Virus record (IMG/VR): IMGVR_UViG_3300007960_000015 | Coordinates: 15,507 to 79,506 of that record | Source: a virus | Direction: 5' to 3' (one strand) | DNA length: 64,000 nt | The notes under the pieces: model-generated | What the model was told of the DNA's origin: nothing | Database searches by the model: none | The model's input: the letters and a program-made list of their open reading frames with translations, nothing else | Program-made: the position numbers and the translations under genes | Part shown: one piece after another, positions 48,032 to 57,551 of the stretch | Layout: every line of letters begins with the position of its first letter | How positions within the stretch are numbered: position 1 is the stretch's first letter

Positions 48032-48559
48032 ATGGCGATCCTAGGCGTAGATGATTTTAAAGCAAAACTAACTGGTGGTGGTGCTCGTTCTAATTTATTT
48101 AAAGCGACATTAGGTTTCCCAGGTTATGTTACTGCTGACGTAGAGAAAGCTTCATTCATGATCAAAGCTGCTCAATTACCAGCTTCTATTATTGCACCTA
48201 TCATGGTACCTTTCCGTGGTAGACAATTACAGATTGCTGGTGATAGAACATTTGAACCTTGGAATATTACAATTATCAATGATACTGATTTTGATGTTCG
48301 TAATTCTTTCGAGGAGTGGATGAATGGTATTAACCAACACAATGCTAATACTGGTTTAACTAATCCGTCTGACTATATGGCAGATATGATTGTGGCACAA
48401 CTGGATAAAGATGGCACTGACTTAAAGAGCTATAATATCCGTGGTTGTTTCCCTACGAACTTAGGTGCTATTGAAGTATCTTATGATCAAGAGAACACAA
48501 TTGAAGAGTTTACTGTTGAGCTACAAGTACAGTATTGGGAGTCTGATAAGACATCATAA
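48032..48559 (+). CDS. gp19: Tail tube protein gp19
   Basis: GGARSNLF, PFRGRQLQIAGDRTFEPW, IEEFTV; AGGAGG RBS. Confidence 0.95.
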   Translation: MAILGVDDFKAKLTGGGARSNLFKATLGFPGYVTADVEKASFMIKAAQLPASIIAPIMVPFRGRQLQIAGDRTFEPWNITIINDTDFDVRNSFEEWMNGINQHNANTGLTNPSDYMADMIVAQLDKDGTDLKSYNIRGCFPTNLGAIEVSYDQENTIEEFTVELQVQYWESDKTS

Positions 48560-48566
48560 AAATATG

Positions 48567-48591
48567 GAGGGGATTAATTTCCCCTCTTTTT
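48567..48591 (+). terminator. Rho-independent terminator
   Basis: GAGGGGA-TTAATT-TCCCCTC followed by TTTTT. Confidence 0.75.
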
Positions 48592-48598
48592 AAAAGGT

Positions 48599-48606
48599 TA
48601 TAAATA
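48599..48606 (+). promoter_or_regulatory. T4 late promoter TATAAATA
   Basis: Exact consensus upstream of gp20. Confidence 0.8.
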
Positions 48607-48636
48607 ATATACGTAATCTTTTAAAAAGAGAAAATT

Positions 48637-50127
48637 ATGGCAGAAGGCAACAACTTATTTGGATTCTTCTTTAAAAGGAAGAAGAGTGAAGAAAAAAAGC
48701 AAGCGTTATCGTTTACATCTTCAAATGAGGATGGATCGTACGAGGTCGCCCCGTCCGGTGGATATTTTGGTCAATACTTAGACATTAGTGGCGATAAGTT
48801 TAAAAGTGATCAGGAGTTAATATTTAAATATAGAGCAGTCGCAGGATATCCTGAAATTGATATGGCGATTGAAGATATTACTAATGAAACTATTGTAACT
48901 TCAGAAGAAGACATTGTAACACTTAATCTTGAAAAATTAGATCAATCAGATAAAGTAAAGAAATTAATTCAAGAAGAATTTACTAAAGTATTACAAAAAT
49001 TAAACTTTGAAGAGAACGCCTACGATTTATTTAAGAGATGGTATATTGATGGACGTTTATTCTATCATGTAATTATTGATACTAAAAATCCAGGTAATGG
49101 TATCCTTGATTTAAAACAAATCGATCCAACCAGAATTAGAAAGGTAAAGGAAGTTGAAAAGGTTAAAGATCCTAAAACTGGTGCTGAATTAGAAAGAGTA
49201 ATTCAGGAATATTACCTATATCAAAATAAATCACATGAACAAAGTGATTCGGGTTTAAAGATCTCTACCGATGCTATTATCCAGGTAAACTCGGGTCTAT
49301 TAAATGAGAGAAGAGATAAAGTTATTGGTTATTTACATAAAGCTTTAAAACCTCTTAATCAATTATCAATGATGGAAGATTCTATGGTAATCTATAGAAT
49401 TAGTAGAGCTCCTGAGCGTAGAATATTCTATATTGATGTCGGTAACCTTCCTAAAAACAAAGCAGAATCTTATTTGGCAGATACTATGAACAAGTATCGT
49501 AATAAGATTGTATATGATTCATCTACAGGTGAAATAAAAGATCAGAGAGATCATAAATCAGTTATGGAAGACTTCTGGTTACCTCGTAGAGAAGGTGGAA
49601 GAGGTACAGAAATTACTACATTACCGGGTGGTCAAAATCTAGGTGAGGTAGAGGATATTGTATATTTCCAGAAGAAATTATATAGAGCGTTAAATGTTCC
49701 ATTATCAAGACTAGAACAGGATTCTACATTTAATGTAGGTAGATCATCTGAAATTACTCGTGATGAATTAAAGTTTCAGAAGTTTATCGATAGAATTAGA
49801 AATAAATTCTCTCATCTATTCTTAGAAGCATTAAAGCGCCAATTAATATTAAAAAATATTATTGTTCCGTCTGATTGGTCACAACTTAGACATGATTTAT
49901 CTATTGAATTTGCTAGAGATAATTATTATGCTGAATTAAAAGAATCAGAAATTCTTAAAGAGCGTTTAGAAAATCTTGCTTTGTTGGATGAGTATGTAGG
50001 AACTTACTATTCTAAGGAATATGTTAAGAAGAAAATATTACGTCAGAGCGATGAAGAAATTGAAGAAATCACCAAACAAAACCAGGAAAGTGGTGATGAC
50101 GAAGAAGACTTTGAGGATGAAATTTAA
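48637..50127 (+). CDS. gp20: Portal protein gp20
   Basis: WYIDGR, YRISRAPERRIFYIDVGNLPK, EDFWLPRREGGRGTEITTLPGG. Confidence 0.97.
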   Translation: MAEGNNLFGFFFKRKKSEEKKQALSFTSSNEDGSYEVAPSGGYFGQYLDISGDKFKSDQELIFKYRAVAGYPEIDMAIEDITNETIVTSEEDIVTLNLEKLDQSDKVKKLIQEEFTKVLQKLNFEENAYDLFKRWYIDGRLFYHVIIDTKNPGNGILDLKQIDPTRIRKVKEVEKVKDPKTGAELERVIQEYYLYQNKSHEQSDSGLKISTDAIIQVNSGLLNERRDKVIGYLHKALKPLNQLSMMEDSMVIYRISRAPERRIFYIDVGNLPKNKAESYLADTMNKYRNKIVYDSSTGEIKDQRDHKSVMEDFWLPRREGGRGTEITTLPGGQNLGEVEDIVYFQKKLYRALNVPLSRLEQDSTFNVGRSSEITRDELKFQKFIDRIRNKFSHLFLEALKRQLILKNIIVPSDWSQLRHDLSIEFARDNYYAELKESEILKERLENLALLDEYVGTYYSKEYVKKKILRQSDEEIEEITKQNQESGDDEEDFEDEI

Positions 50128-50132
50128 TTTTT

Positions 50133-50140
50133 TATAAATA
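50133..50140 (+). promoter_or_regulatory. T4 late promoter TATAAATA
   Basis: Exact consensus, intergenic. Confidence 0.75.
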
Positions 50141-50150
50141 AAGGTAACGT

Positions 50151-50330
50151 ATGGATACAAATGATTTGATTGATAATATTAAAAGCGGCGATGTCGCTAA
50201 GAGTAATAATATTTTTAATAGTATTATGAAAGATAAAATTAACGATGCTCTAGATGCGAAAAAGCAAGAAGTTGCTAGTTCTGTATATGGGGTAGAGGAT
50301 GAGGCACCGGAGACAGATGCAGACGTTTAA
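50151..50330 (+). CDS. gp67: Prohead core protein gp67-like (59 aa, absent from the ORF track)
   Basis: MDTNDLIDNIKSGDVAKSNNIFNSIMKDKINDALDAKKQEVA...; position between gp20 and gp21. Confidence 0.65.
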   Translation: MDTNDLIDNIKSGDVAKSNNIFNSIMKDKINDALDAKKQEVASSVYGVEDEAPETDADV

Positions 50331-50547
50331 AGAAAGTTTTAATTTGCTAATTGAAAAGAAGTTAGGTTTACCTAAAGGCGAAAAAGTCGCTAAAGAACTT
50401 AATAAGTTAGGAAAGAAGAAAAATGTTTCTGCGGTTATTACAAACAAAAATGTTTTGTATGTTAATGGTGATAAATTAGACAAATTCAAATCTGTTAAGG
50501 ATGCTGAAAAGGCACTAAAAGATTTTTTAAAGGTAATGGACCTATGA
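50317..50547 (+). CDS. Small basic protein, gp68-position prohead core candidate
   Basis: Synteny; overlaps the gp21 start. Confidence 0.5.
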   Translation: MQTFKESFNLLIEKKLGLPKGEKVAKELNKLGKKKNVSAVITNKNVLYVNGDKLDKFKSVKDAEKALKDFLKVMDL

Positions 50548-51191
50548 AACTAATTGCAGAATATAACGAATCAAATTTAGGTTTTACTATTCAAGAAGGA
50601 AAGAATGGTAAAAAAGACGTGTTTATCGAAGGTGTCTTTATGCAAGCTGAAGGTAAGAATCGTAATGGGAGAATTTATCCCAGAGAGGTTTTACAAGCAG
50701 CAGTAGATAGATACGTAAACGAACAAGTTAAGACTGGTAGAGCGGTAGGTGAGTTAAATCACCCAGAAGGCCCTTCTATTAATCTTGACAAAGTTAGCCA
50801 CAAAATTACTGAGCTTCATTGGGACGGTAATAATGTGGTTGGTAAAGCACTTATTTTGGATACTCCTATGGGCCAAATCGTAAAGGGTTTGGTTGAAGGT
50901 GGTGTGCAACTTGGTGTTTCAAGTCGCGGTATGGGAAGTTTAACAACAAAGAATGGTGTTGCTACAGTAGGTGACGATTTTCGTCTTTCTACAGTAGATA
51001 TTGTTCAGGATCCATCTGCTCCTAATGCTTTTGTAAATGGCATTATGGAAGGAGTAGAATGGAAAATGGATAAAGATGGACACTATATCCAAGTTGAAGA
51101 GCAATGTGAAGAAGGTGAGACAGAAATGATGGAGGCCGATAAATCTGCAGATCAGATTAAGGCATTTGAACATTTCCTCTCAAAACTATAA
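50544..51191 (+). CDS. gp21: Prohead protease gp21
   Basis: NRNGRIYP, GELNHP, GVSSRGMGS, DIVQDPSAPNAFV. Confidence 0.96.
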   Translation: MKLIAEYNESNLGFTIQEGKNGKKDVFIEGVFMQAEGKNRNGRIYPREVLQAAVDRYVNEQVKTGRAVGELNHPEGPSINLDKVSHKITELHWDGNNVVGKALILDTPMGQIVKGLVEGGVQLGVSSRGMGSLTTKNGVATVGDDFRLSTVDIVQDPSAPNAFVNGIMEGVEWKMDKDGHYIQVEEQCEEGETEMMEADKSADQIKAFEHFLSKL

Positions 51192-51209
51192 CTCTTTTGG
51201 AGTAAATTT

Positions 51210-52265
51210 ATGTCTGAAGAAATCAAACAAGACGACGTTATCGCAGAAGAAGTTGTGGCTGAGGAAACGGTAGTAGAGGAAGTAGAGACTCAAGAAATTG
51301 AAGAATCTGTTTCTGATGACGCGCCTTTAACAGAAGCCCGTACTATTTCAGCAATTAACGCTCAATTGGCAGAGATGTCAAAAGATGACCTTGATTCTAT
51401 TCTAGAGGCAGCAAAAGACAAAACGAAAGTTGAAATGTCTGATGATGACGAAGAAGAAGATGAGGACGATGATGAGGAAGGCGAAGTTGAATCTGAAAAG
51501 AAAATAGAGAAGAAAGAATCTAAAAAGGTTCAGAAAGAAGACGCATTTAAAGCTGATGTTGATGCATTAGTTGAGGGTGAAGATCTTTCAGAAGACTTTA
51601 AGGCGAAAGCTTCTACAATTTTCGAATCAGCTTTACACGCTAAACTCAAAAAAGAAGTTTCTAAATTAGAGGAGCGTTATGCTTCAGATTTAGAAGGTGA
51701 AGTAAAAGCAATTAAAGAAGATTTAGTTGATAAAGTAGATGGTTACCTTAACTATGTAGTTGAGAACTGGATGAAAGATAACGAAGTTGCTATTGAGCAT
51801 TCTTTGAAGTCTGAAATCACAGAATCATTTATCGACGCTATGCACAATGTGTTTACTGAGCATTATATCAATGTTCCTGAAGATAAAGCTGATATCGTTG
51901 ACGCTTTAACTGAAGAAGTTACTGATGCTAAAGCACAATTGGCTGAGGCTACTGATCAAGCTAAAGAGCTTTTAGAGAAAGTTAAAGCTTTCGAAAGAGC
52001 GGAAATTGTTGCTGAAGCATGCGAAGGCCTAGCTGCTACTGAAGCAGATAAACTTAAAGAATTAGCAGAAGGTATTGAAGCTTCTGATAATGAAGAGTTT
52101 TCTGATAAATTAGCAACTATCAAAGAGTCTTACATGAACGTTAAGCAAGATGCAACTGAAGAAAAAGTAGATGCTATTTCTGAAGATGCGGCTGAAGAAG
52201 AAACGCAAGTTGTTGATGCTACAATGGCGTCATATCTTGATGCAATCAAAAACACATCTAAATAA
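51210..52265 (+). CDS. gp22: Prohead core scaffold gp22
   Basis: Acidic coiled coil, LSEDFKAKASTIFE, VDGYLNYVVENWM. Confidence 0.93.
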   Translation: MSEEIKQDDVIAEEVVAEETVVEEVETQEIEESVSDDAPLTEARTISAINAQLAEMSKDDLDSILEAAKDKTKVEMSDDDEEEDEDDDEEGEVESEKKIEKKESKKVQKEDAFKADVDALVEGEDLSEDFKAKASTIFESALHAKLKKEVSKLEERYASDLEGEVKAIKEDLVDKVDGYLNYVVENWMKDNEVAIEHSLKSEITESFIDAMHNVFTEHYINVPEDKADIVDALTEEVTDAKAQLAEATDQAKELLEKVKAFERAEIVAEACEGLAATEADKLKELAEGIEASDNEEFSDKLATIKESYMNVKQDATEEKVDAISEDAAEEETQVVDATMASYLDAIKNTSK

Positions 52266-52277
52266 GGAGAGATCATA

Positions 52278-53414
52278 ATGTCAGATCAAAACACTCACAG
52301 CCTACAAGAAAAGTGGGCTCCTGTACTAGAATCAGAAGATGCTGGTGCAATTAAAGATGCTCATCGTAAAGCCGTAACTGCGGTTGTACTTGAGAACCAA
52401 GAAAAAGCTCTTCAAGAGCAAAAGTTAAACGAAGCTGCTGTAGCTGGTGATGCACAGAATTGGGATCCAGTTCTAATTTCACTAGTTCGTCGTGCTACTC
52501 CAAACCTAATCGCGTTTGACGTAGCTGGTGTACAAGCTATGACTGGTCCAACTGGTCTTATCTTCGCTATGAAGTCAACTTACGACACTACTGCTGGTGG
52601 TACTACAGCTGGTGACGAAGCGTTGTTCAACGAGCCTGATACAGCATTCTCTGGTCCTATGTCAACTGCGACTGCAGAGACAACTACTATGAACCAGATG
52701 GGCTTCACTATCGATAAGACTTCGGTAACTGCTCAATCACGTGCTCTTAAAGCTAACTACACTGTTGAATTAGCACAAGACCTTAAAGCGATTCATGGTC
52801 TTTCTGCTGAAACTGAATTAGCAAATATCTTATCTACTGAGATTCTTGCTGAAATCAACCGTGAAATCATCGACAGAATGAACACTAATGCTGTTGCTGG
52901 TACTGCTTTTGACGGTGCTATCGGTACTGGTTCAACTGGCGGTCGTTGGGAAGTTGAAGTATACAAGAACCTTGTAACTACTATCGAAAAAGAAGCTAAT
53001 GCAATTGCTACAGCTACTCGTCGTGGTAAAGGTAACTTCGCTATCGTTTCTCCAAACGTAGCTGCAGTTCTTAACGCTACTGGTTCTATGAGCTATGGTC
53101 CTACTGCTTCTATGAATGTAGACGCAACTGGTAACCTATTTGCTGGTACTTTAAATGGTGGTATCGCAGTATATGTTGATCCATATGCATCAAGCGATTA
53201 CGTAACTGTTGGTTATAAGGGTTCTAATCCTTATGATGCTGGTATGTTCTATTGCCCATACGTTCCTTTATCAATGATGAAGACTGTTGGTGAGAACGAC
53301 TTCCAACCAAGAATCGGTTTCAAAACTCGTTATGGCATGGCTGACAATCCATTTGTTCAAGCTGGTGCAGGTAACAACGTTTACTACCGTTCATTCTCTG
53401 TTTCTAATATCTAA
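52278..53414 (+). CDS. gp23: Major capsid protein gp23
   Basis: KWAPVLE, LVRRATPNLIAFD.AGVQAMTGPTGLIFAM, ELAQDLKAIHG, FQPRIGFKTRYG. Confidence 0.97.
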   Translation: MSDQNTHSLQEKWAPVLESEDAGAIKDAHRKAVTAVVLENQEKALQEQKLNEAAVAGDAQNWDPVLISLVRRATPNLIAFDVAGVQAMTGPTGLIFAMKSTYDTTAGGTTAGDEALFNEPDTAFSGPMSTATAETTTMNQMGFTIDKTSVTAQSRALKANYTVELAQDLKAIHGLSAETELANILSTEILAEINREIIDRMNTNAVAGTAFDGAIGTGSTGGRWEVEVYKNLVTTIEKEANAIATATRRGKGNFAIVSPNVAAVLNATGSMSYGPTASMNVDATGNLFAGTLNGGIAVYVDPYASSDYVTVGYKGSNPYDAGMFYCPYVPLSMMKTVGENDFQPRIGFKTRYGMADNPFVQAGAGNNVYYRSFSVSNI

Positions 53415-53439
53415 TATTAGTTTAACTAAGAAATATAAG

Positions 53440-53463
53440 AACCCTGCTTCGGCAGGGTTTTTT
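53440..53463 (+). terminator. Rho-independent terminator with C(UUCG)G tetraloop
   Basis: AACCCTGC-TTCG-GCAGGGTT followed by a T run. Confidence 0.9.
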
Positions 53464-53467
53464 ATCG

Positions 53468-53475
53468 TATAAATA
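53468..53475 (+). promoter_or_regulatory. T4 late promoter TATAAATA
   Basis: Exact consensus immediately before gp3. Confidence 0.7.
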
Positions 53476-53480
53476 AAGAC

Positions 53481-53933
53481 ATGAGTAATAATTATTTAAA
53501 TCCGACATCCTTTGTATTGTCATTAGATAATCAAACGAATCCTAATGCTGAATTTACAATACAAACTATGATACTTCCAGATGTTTCGACGACTGGAGCA
53601 GCATTTAATTCTCCATCGCGCAATATACTAGTATCTGCAGATAAGATTGTATATGGTGATTTTGAATGTTCATTTCTAGTTGATGAGGATCTTATTAACT
53701 ATAAAGAAATTTATGATTGGTTATATCAACAAGTAGATACAGATGTTGGCGTTGATACTCGTGATTTAACTCTTACTATTCTATCAAGTGCTAATAATGT
53801 AACAAAACAAATTAAATTTGTAGATGCATTTCCTACAAGTTTATCATCATTACCATTTGATATTACCACTACAGATGTTGAATATCTAACTGCTGTAGTT
53901 TCTTTTTCTTATTCTTATTTTGAGATAATGTAA
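53481..53933 (+). CDS. gp3: Tail tube terminator gp3
   Basis: NYLNPTSF, FLVDEDLINYKEIYDW, DAFPTSLSSLPFD; position after gp23. Confidence 0.85.
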   Translation: MSNNYLNPTSFVLSLDNQTNPNAEFTIQTMILPDVSTTGAAFNSPSRNILVSADKIVYGDFECSFLVDEDLINYKEIYDWLYQQVDTDVGVDTRDLTLTILSSANNVTKQIKFVDAFPTSLSSLPFDITTTDVEYLTAVVSFSYSYFEIM

Positions 53934-53949
53934 AAACCTATATAATATT

Positions 53950-54855
53950 ATGAAAATGTATGATATAGACCCCAGTCTACAGGTCTTTAAAGAATGTGAA
54001 CAATTCCTGAAAGATCAAGAATGGTATGTTGGTGGCACTGGTTTAGGTGCAAAATATGGTAATAATCACGAAGAACAGTCTGTAGAATCACCTGATGAAG
54101 GTGGCATCATAGCTAAACTCAATCCTAATGGAACAATCAAAGGCTCTGCTGATTGGGTTGAAGTTCCTAATGCTTCAGGTGTTTGGAGAACGCCGTTTGG
54201 TTGCAATGATGAATCTGTGAGGAGAAGAGCTCCTAAAGTCTGGGATTTATTTGATTATGTAAATAAAACATTCTTAAATAACTCAATGACAATTGAAGGA
54301 TTCCCTGAAGAAATAGCAGCCACCAGAAAACTCTATAGTCCAAAATATGGTAATGATCCTACAGTACCTACTTATGGCACAATGCCTGAACCTGGTCATA
54401 TGCCAGCCATTTGGACTTGTTATGGAATAGCTAAAACTGGTGGCCCTAGATTAGAAGACGGAAGATCTGTAAATATGAAGGGGTCACAAAGGAGAATTGG
54501 TACTGTTGGTATTCATATGGATGCTATTCCTGAAGAATATGAAGAAGGATATTTTTCTATACTAATTAATATGAATAGTTTTTGGAAACCATCTTGGGGT
54601 GGTGATCTAATATACTATGATTTAGAGGATCCGGAGACTGCTGATGAAGTTCACTTCAGAAGAGGTTATGGTATTGGTTATGCCTCAGGTGTAGCTCCTC
54701 ATAAACCAGCAAGTGTAATTGTTGTACCCGCAAATGCTCTACATACAGCAGCCAATGATAAATTTATGCCTCAAAGAGGTGATTATCTTAGACGTATCAT
54801 GTTTAGATGCAAATACAAAGATTTACATAACCCTTATACGGAAGAAGAAGAATGA
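53950..54855 (+). CDS. 2OG-Fe(II) oxygenase-like protein
   Basis: IHMD, WKPSWGGDLIYY, LHTA, RRIMFR; paralog of 11497-12339. Confidence 0.7.
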   Translation: MKMYDIDPSLQVFKECEQFLKDQEWYVGGTGLGAKYGNNHEEQSVESPDEGGIIAKLNPNGTIKGSADWVEVPNASGVWRTPFGCNDESVRRRAPKVWDLFDYVNKTFLNNSMTIEGFPEEIAATRKLYSPKYGNDPTVPTYGTMPEPGHMPAIWTCYGIAKTGGPRLEDGRSVNMKGSQRRIGTVGIHMDAIPEEYEEGYFSILINMNSFWKPSWGGDLIYYDLEDPETADEVHFRRGYGIGYASGVAPHKPASVIVVPANALHTAANDKFMPQRGDYLRRIMFRCKYKDLHNPYTEEEE

Positions 54856-56111
54856 CTATACCTGTAATAAAAGAATATAATATAGGGAAAGATAATCCCT
54901 TATTAAGAAAAGTTGATACATTAGTTACTAATTCCTATTGGTATTTAGGTGGAAGTGGTTTAGGTGCGAAGTCTGCTTGGGGAGGTAACGTAGAACAAAA
55001 TGTGGTAAACGATAAATCTTTAGTTGATAATCCTGATGGATATACTGGAATGTATGGTGATGGTAAAGCCATGAGAGTAAAATTAAACCGGGATGGAACT
55101 ATACGAGATTCAATGCATTGGAAAAAACATCCTGCTGCATCTGGTGTTTATAGACAACCTTGGGGTTGGAGTAATTCATCGGTAAAGAGAAGAGCCCCTG
55201 AAATATATGAATTATTTCAATATATCAATAAAGAATTTCTGGATGGTCAATTTGCCATGAATGGATTTGGTGAAGAAATTGGTGGTACTCGACCTATGTG
55301 GAGTGAACAATTTGGTGATGATCCTGAAATACCAGGTTATGGTAAATTACCAGATGTAGGAAATCCTCCAGGTATTTGGACCTGTTATGTTACAGGAAAG
55401 GCCGGCGGTATTCTATTAGAAAATCCGAATGGTCCTAAGCCAAGAAGAAGTTCCTTCAGAATGAGAGGTTCAGCCGGTTTACATAGAGATGCTGCGGTTA
55501 TTAAAGAAGAAGATGGAAAAGATTATTATTCATTGGTTGTATGTTTAAATCCTGAATGGTATCCATCTTGGGAAGGTGCTGCACGTTATCACGAAACAAT
55601 TGATAATCCATTTGAGGCAGACGAAACGCATTGGAAACGTGGATATGGTTTAGGACATCCAACATCTATTCATCCACAAAGGCCAGGATCTGTATATTTA
55701 GTACCTGCCACAGCTGTTCATTCAGGATTAGATTTATACATTCCTGGTAGACCTGATTATCAAAGAAGATTGTTATTCAGAATTAAAAGAATTGGAGCTC
55801 CACATTATATAAGTCCTGAATTAAAATGTGAATGTGGCTGGAGTGGCGTTATTCCTGCGAATGCGGAATGTCCTAAATGTGGTAAACATATAGATGTACG
55901 AAATGCCTGGGGTGAACCAACTTGGGTTGATGATAATTCTATAGGCGAACCAAATCCTAGAATCGTTGAATTATTAAATTCAGCTGAAGGAGCTAAGACA
56001 GAAGGCAGATTATACCCGGGCAATGAAGAATATAAACATAACGCTTGGTCGTATGTTGGGTCAAATACTCCCTGGTATTGTCCGGTGCATACAGAATCCG
56101 GCGGACATTAA
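54852..56111 (+). CDS. 2OG-Fe(II) oxygenase-like protein with C-terminal zinc ribbon
   Basis: LHRD, WYPSWEG, VHSG, RRLLFR; CECG...CPKCG. Confidence 0.7.
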   Translation: MTIPVIKEYNIGKDNPLLRKVDTLVTNSYWYLGGSGLGAKSAWGGNVEQNVVNDKSLVDNPDGYTGMYGDGKAMRVKLNRDGTIRDSMHWKKHPAASGVYRQPWGWSNSSVKRRAPEIYELFQYINKEFLDGQFAMNGFGEEIGGTRPMWSEQFGDDPEIPGYGKLPDVGNPPGIWTCYVTGKAGGILLENPNGPKPRRSSFRMRGSAGLHRDAAVIKEEDGKDYYSLVVCLNPEWYPSWEGAARYHETIDNPFEADETHWKRGYGLGHPTSIHPQRPGSVYLVPATAVHSGLDLYIPGRPDYQRRLLFRIKRIGAPHYISPELKCECGWSGVIPANAECPKCGKHIDVRNAWGEPTWVDDNSIGEPNPRIVELLNSAEGAKTEGRLYPGNEEYKHNAWSYVGSNTPWYCPVHTESGGH

Positions 56112-56686
56112 TGGAAGAAATTGATATTGATTTATCATTTCTTAATCCATTATACGATAAAATCAAACAAAAAGATACTAGTAAACTCCCCATTATAGAA
56201 AGAAATCTTAATAGAGGAAAATTCGGAGTATCTGAAAGATATTTGGAAATTGCCAGAGTTGAGAACGATGGTCCTCCAAATATGATGAAAGGTTGTGAAT
56301 TTCTAGATAAGCCTATTGATGGTTGGCAAGATATTATTGATGATGTTAATAATCTCTTACCATTTGGTAAACCTGCTATATTTGCTTATTATCCCAAGAA
56401 TGGATATATTGGTTGGCATGATAATAGTGATGCTCCTGGTTATACTATACTTTTTAATCATTCTGAAGATGGAAATGGTTTTTATAGATTCGTCAATGAA
56501 TATAATCAAATAATAACTATTCAAGATAAAGTAGGTTGGTCTTGTAAAACAGGTTATTATGGAACACGTCCGAATTCTACCTTCCATTGTGCTTATACTG
56601 AGAATCCAAGATGGAGTATCGCATATATTTTCAAAAAAAAGTCAGAATACCGGTTGACATTTAATCAATTATATGGTATAATGTAA
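56111..56686 (+). CDS. 2OG-Fe(II)/cupin oxygenase-like protein
   Basis: YYPKNGYIGWHDN...FHCAYT..PRWS; start at ATG 56111 (TAATG overlap). Confidence 0.6.
   Translation: MEEIDIDLSFLNPLYDKIKQKDTSKLPIIERNLNRGKFGVSERYLEIARVENDGPPNMMKGCEFLDKPIDGWQDIIDDVNNLLPFGKPAIFAYYPKNGYIGWHDNSDAPGYTILFNHSEDGNGFYRFVNEYNQIITIQDKVGWSCKTGYYGTRPNSTFHCAYTENPRWSIAYIFKKKSEYRLTFNQLYGIM
56654..56682 (+). promoter_or_regulatory. Sigma70-type (early) promoter
   Basis: TTGACA-17 bp-TATAAT, perfect consensus with extended -10 TG. Confidence 0.85.
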
Positions 56687-56690
56687 ATAT

Positions 56691-57095
56691 ATGATAAAAA
56701 AGATACAGAACAACTATCCGCATATTGAATTTATTTTTGACGAAGATTTAGAATTATCTATTGATGGTTCTTTCTATCATGATGATGGATCTATAGAAAT
56801 ACATTATAATGATAATACTAGTGAAGAAGAGTTACTTTTAACTTGTGCACATGAGGATCGTCATTTATATCAACATTTAAAAAGAAATAATACAAGACAT
56901 CACAAAGGTTGTTATCTATCAAATCCAGACGAAGTAGACGCATACGGTACTATTGATTTAGTACATGCAGTGTCTAAACACGGTTGGAAAGAAGCATTTA
57001 ATCAAAGTCCATTAAAAGATTACATTCAGGAGTTCGGTTTAAATTCAAAGATCACTAAAAATCTAATTAAAAAAGCATTTATAAATAATAATTGA
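56691..57095 (+). CDS. HExxH metallopeptidase-like hypothetical protein
   Basis: CAHEDRHLYQ...YLSNPDEVDAY. Confidence 0.55.
   Translation: MIKKIQNNYPHIEFIFDEDLELSIDGSFYHDDGSIEIHYNDNTSEEELLLTCAHEDRHLYQHLKRNNTRHHKGCYLSNPDEVDAYGTIDLVHAVSKHGWKEAFNQSPLKDYIQEFGLNSKITKNLIKKAFINNN
57080..57087 (+). promoter_or_regulatory. T4 late promoter TATAAATA
   Basis: Exact consensus just upstream of uvsY. Confidence 0.6.
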
Positions 57096-57101
57096 TATAT
57101 T

Positions 57102-57548
57102 ATGGATTTACAAGAAATATTAAAAATGTGGGAAGAAGATGGACGTATCGATGAGTTTAAGCTCGACGATACTACTATTAAAAATGCATCTCTTCATTCA
57201 AAATACCTTGGTTTAATTACCTCTGCTAAAATGCAGAAGAAACAAAAGGATCTCAATTATAAAACACTCCTGAAAAATAAATGGTTATATTATAACGGAA
57301 AGCTATCTCAAAATCAGATAGATGATTTTGGTTGGCAATATGATCCATTTGAGGGGTTAAGTAAACCTCTTAAAGGTGATATGAATTACTATTATGATTC
57401 AGATACAGATATCCAAAAAGCCCAGGCTGAATTAGAATACTATATAGTTCTTGTAGATACATTAAAAGAAATATTAGATACTATAAAGTGGAGACATCAG
57501 CAGATAGGCAATATCATTAAATGGCGTCAATTTGAGGCTGGTGTATAA
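57102..57548 (+). CDS. uvsY: Recombination mediator UvsY
   Basis: MWEED..ID, LHSKYL, KWLYYNGK, I.NIIKWRQFEAG. Confidence 0.9.
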   Translation: MDLQEILKMWEEDGRIDEFKLDDTTIKNASLHSKYLGLITSAKMQKKQKDLNYKTLLKNKWLYYNGKLSQNQIDDFGWQYDPFEGLSKPLKGDMNYYYDSDTDIQKAQAELEYYIVLVDTLKEILDTIKWRHQQIGNIIKWRQFEAGV

Positions 57549-57551
57549 TGA

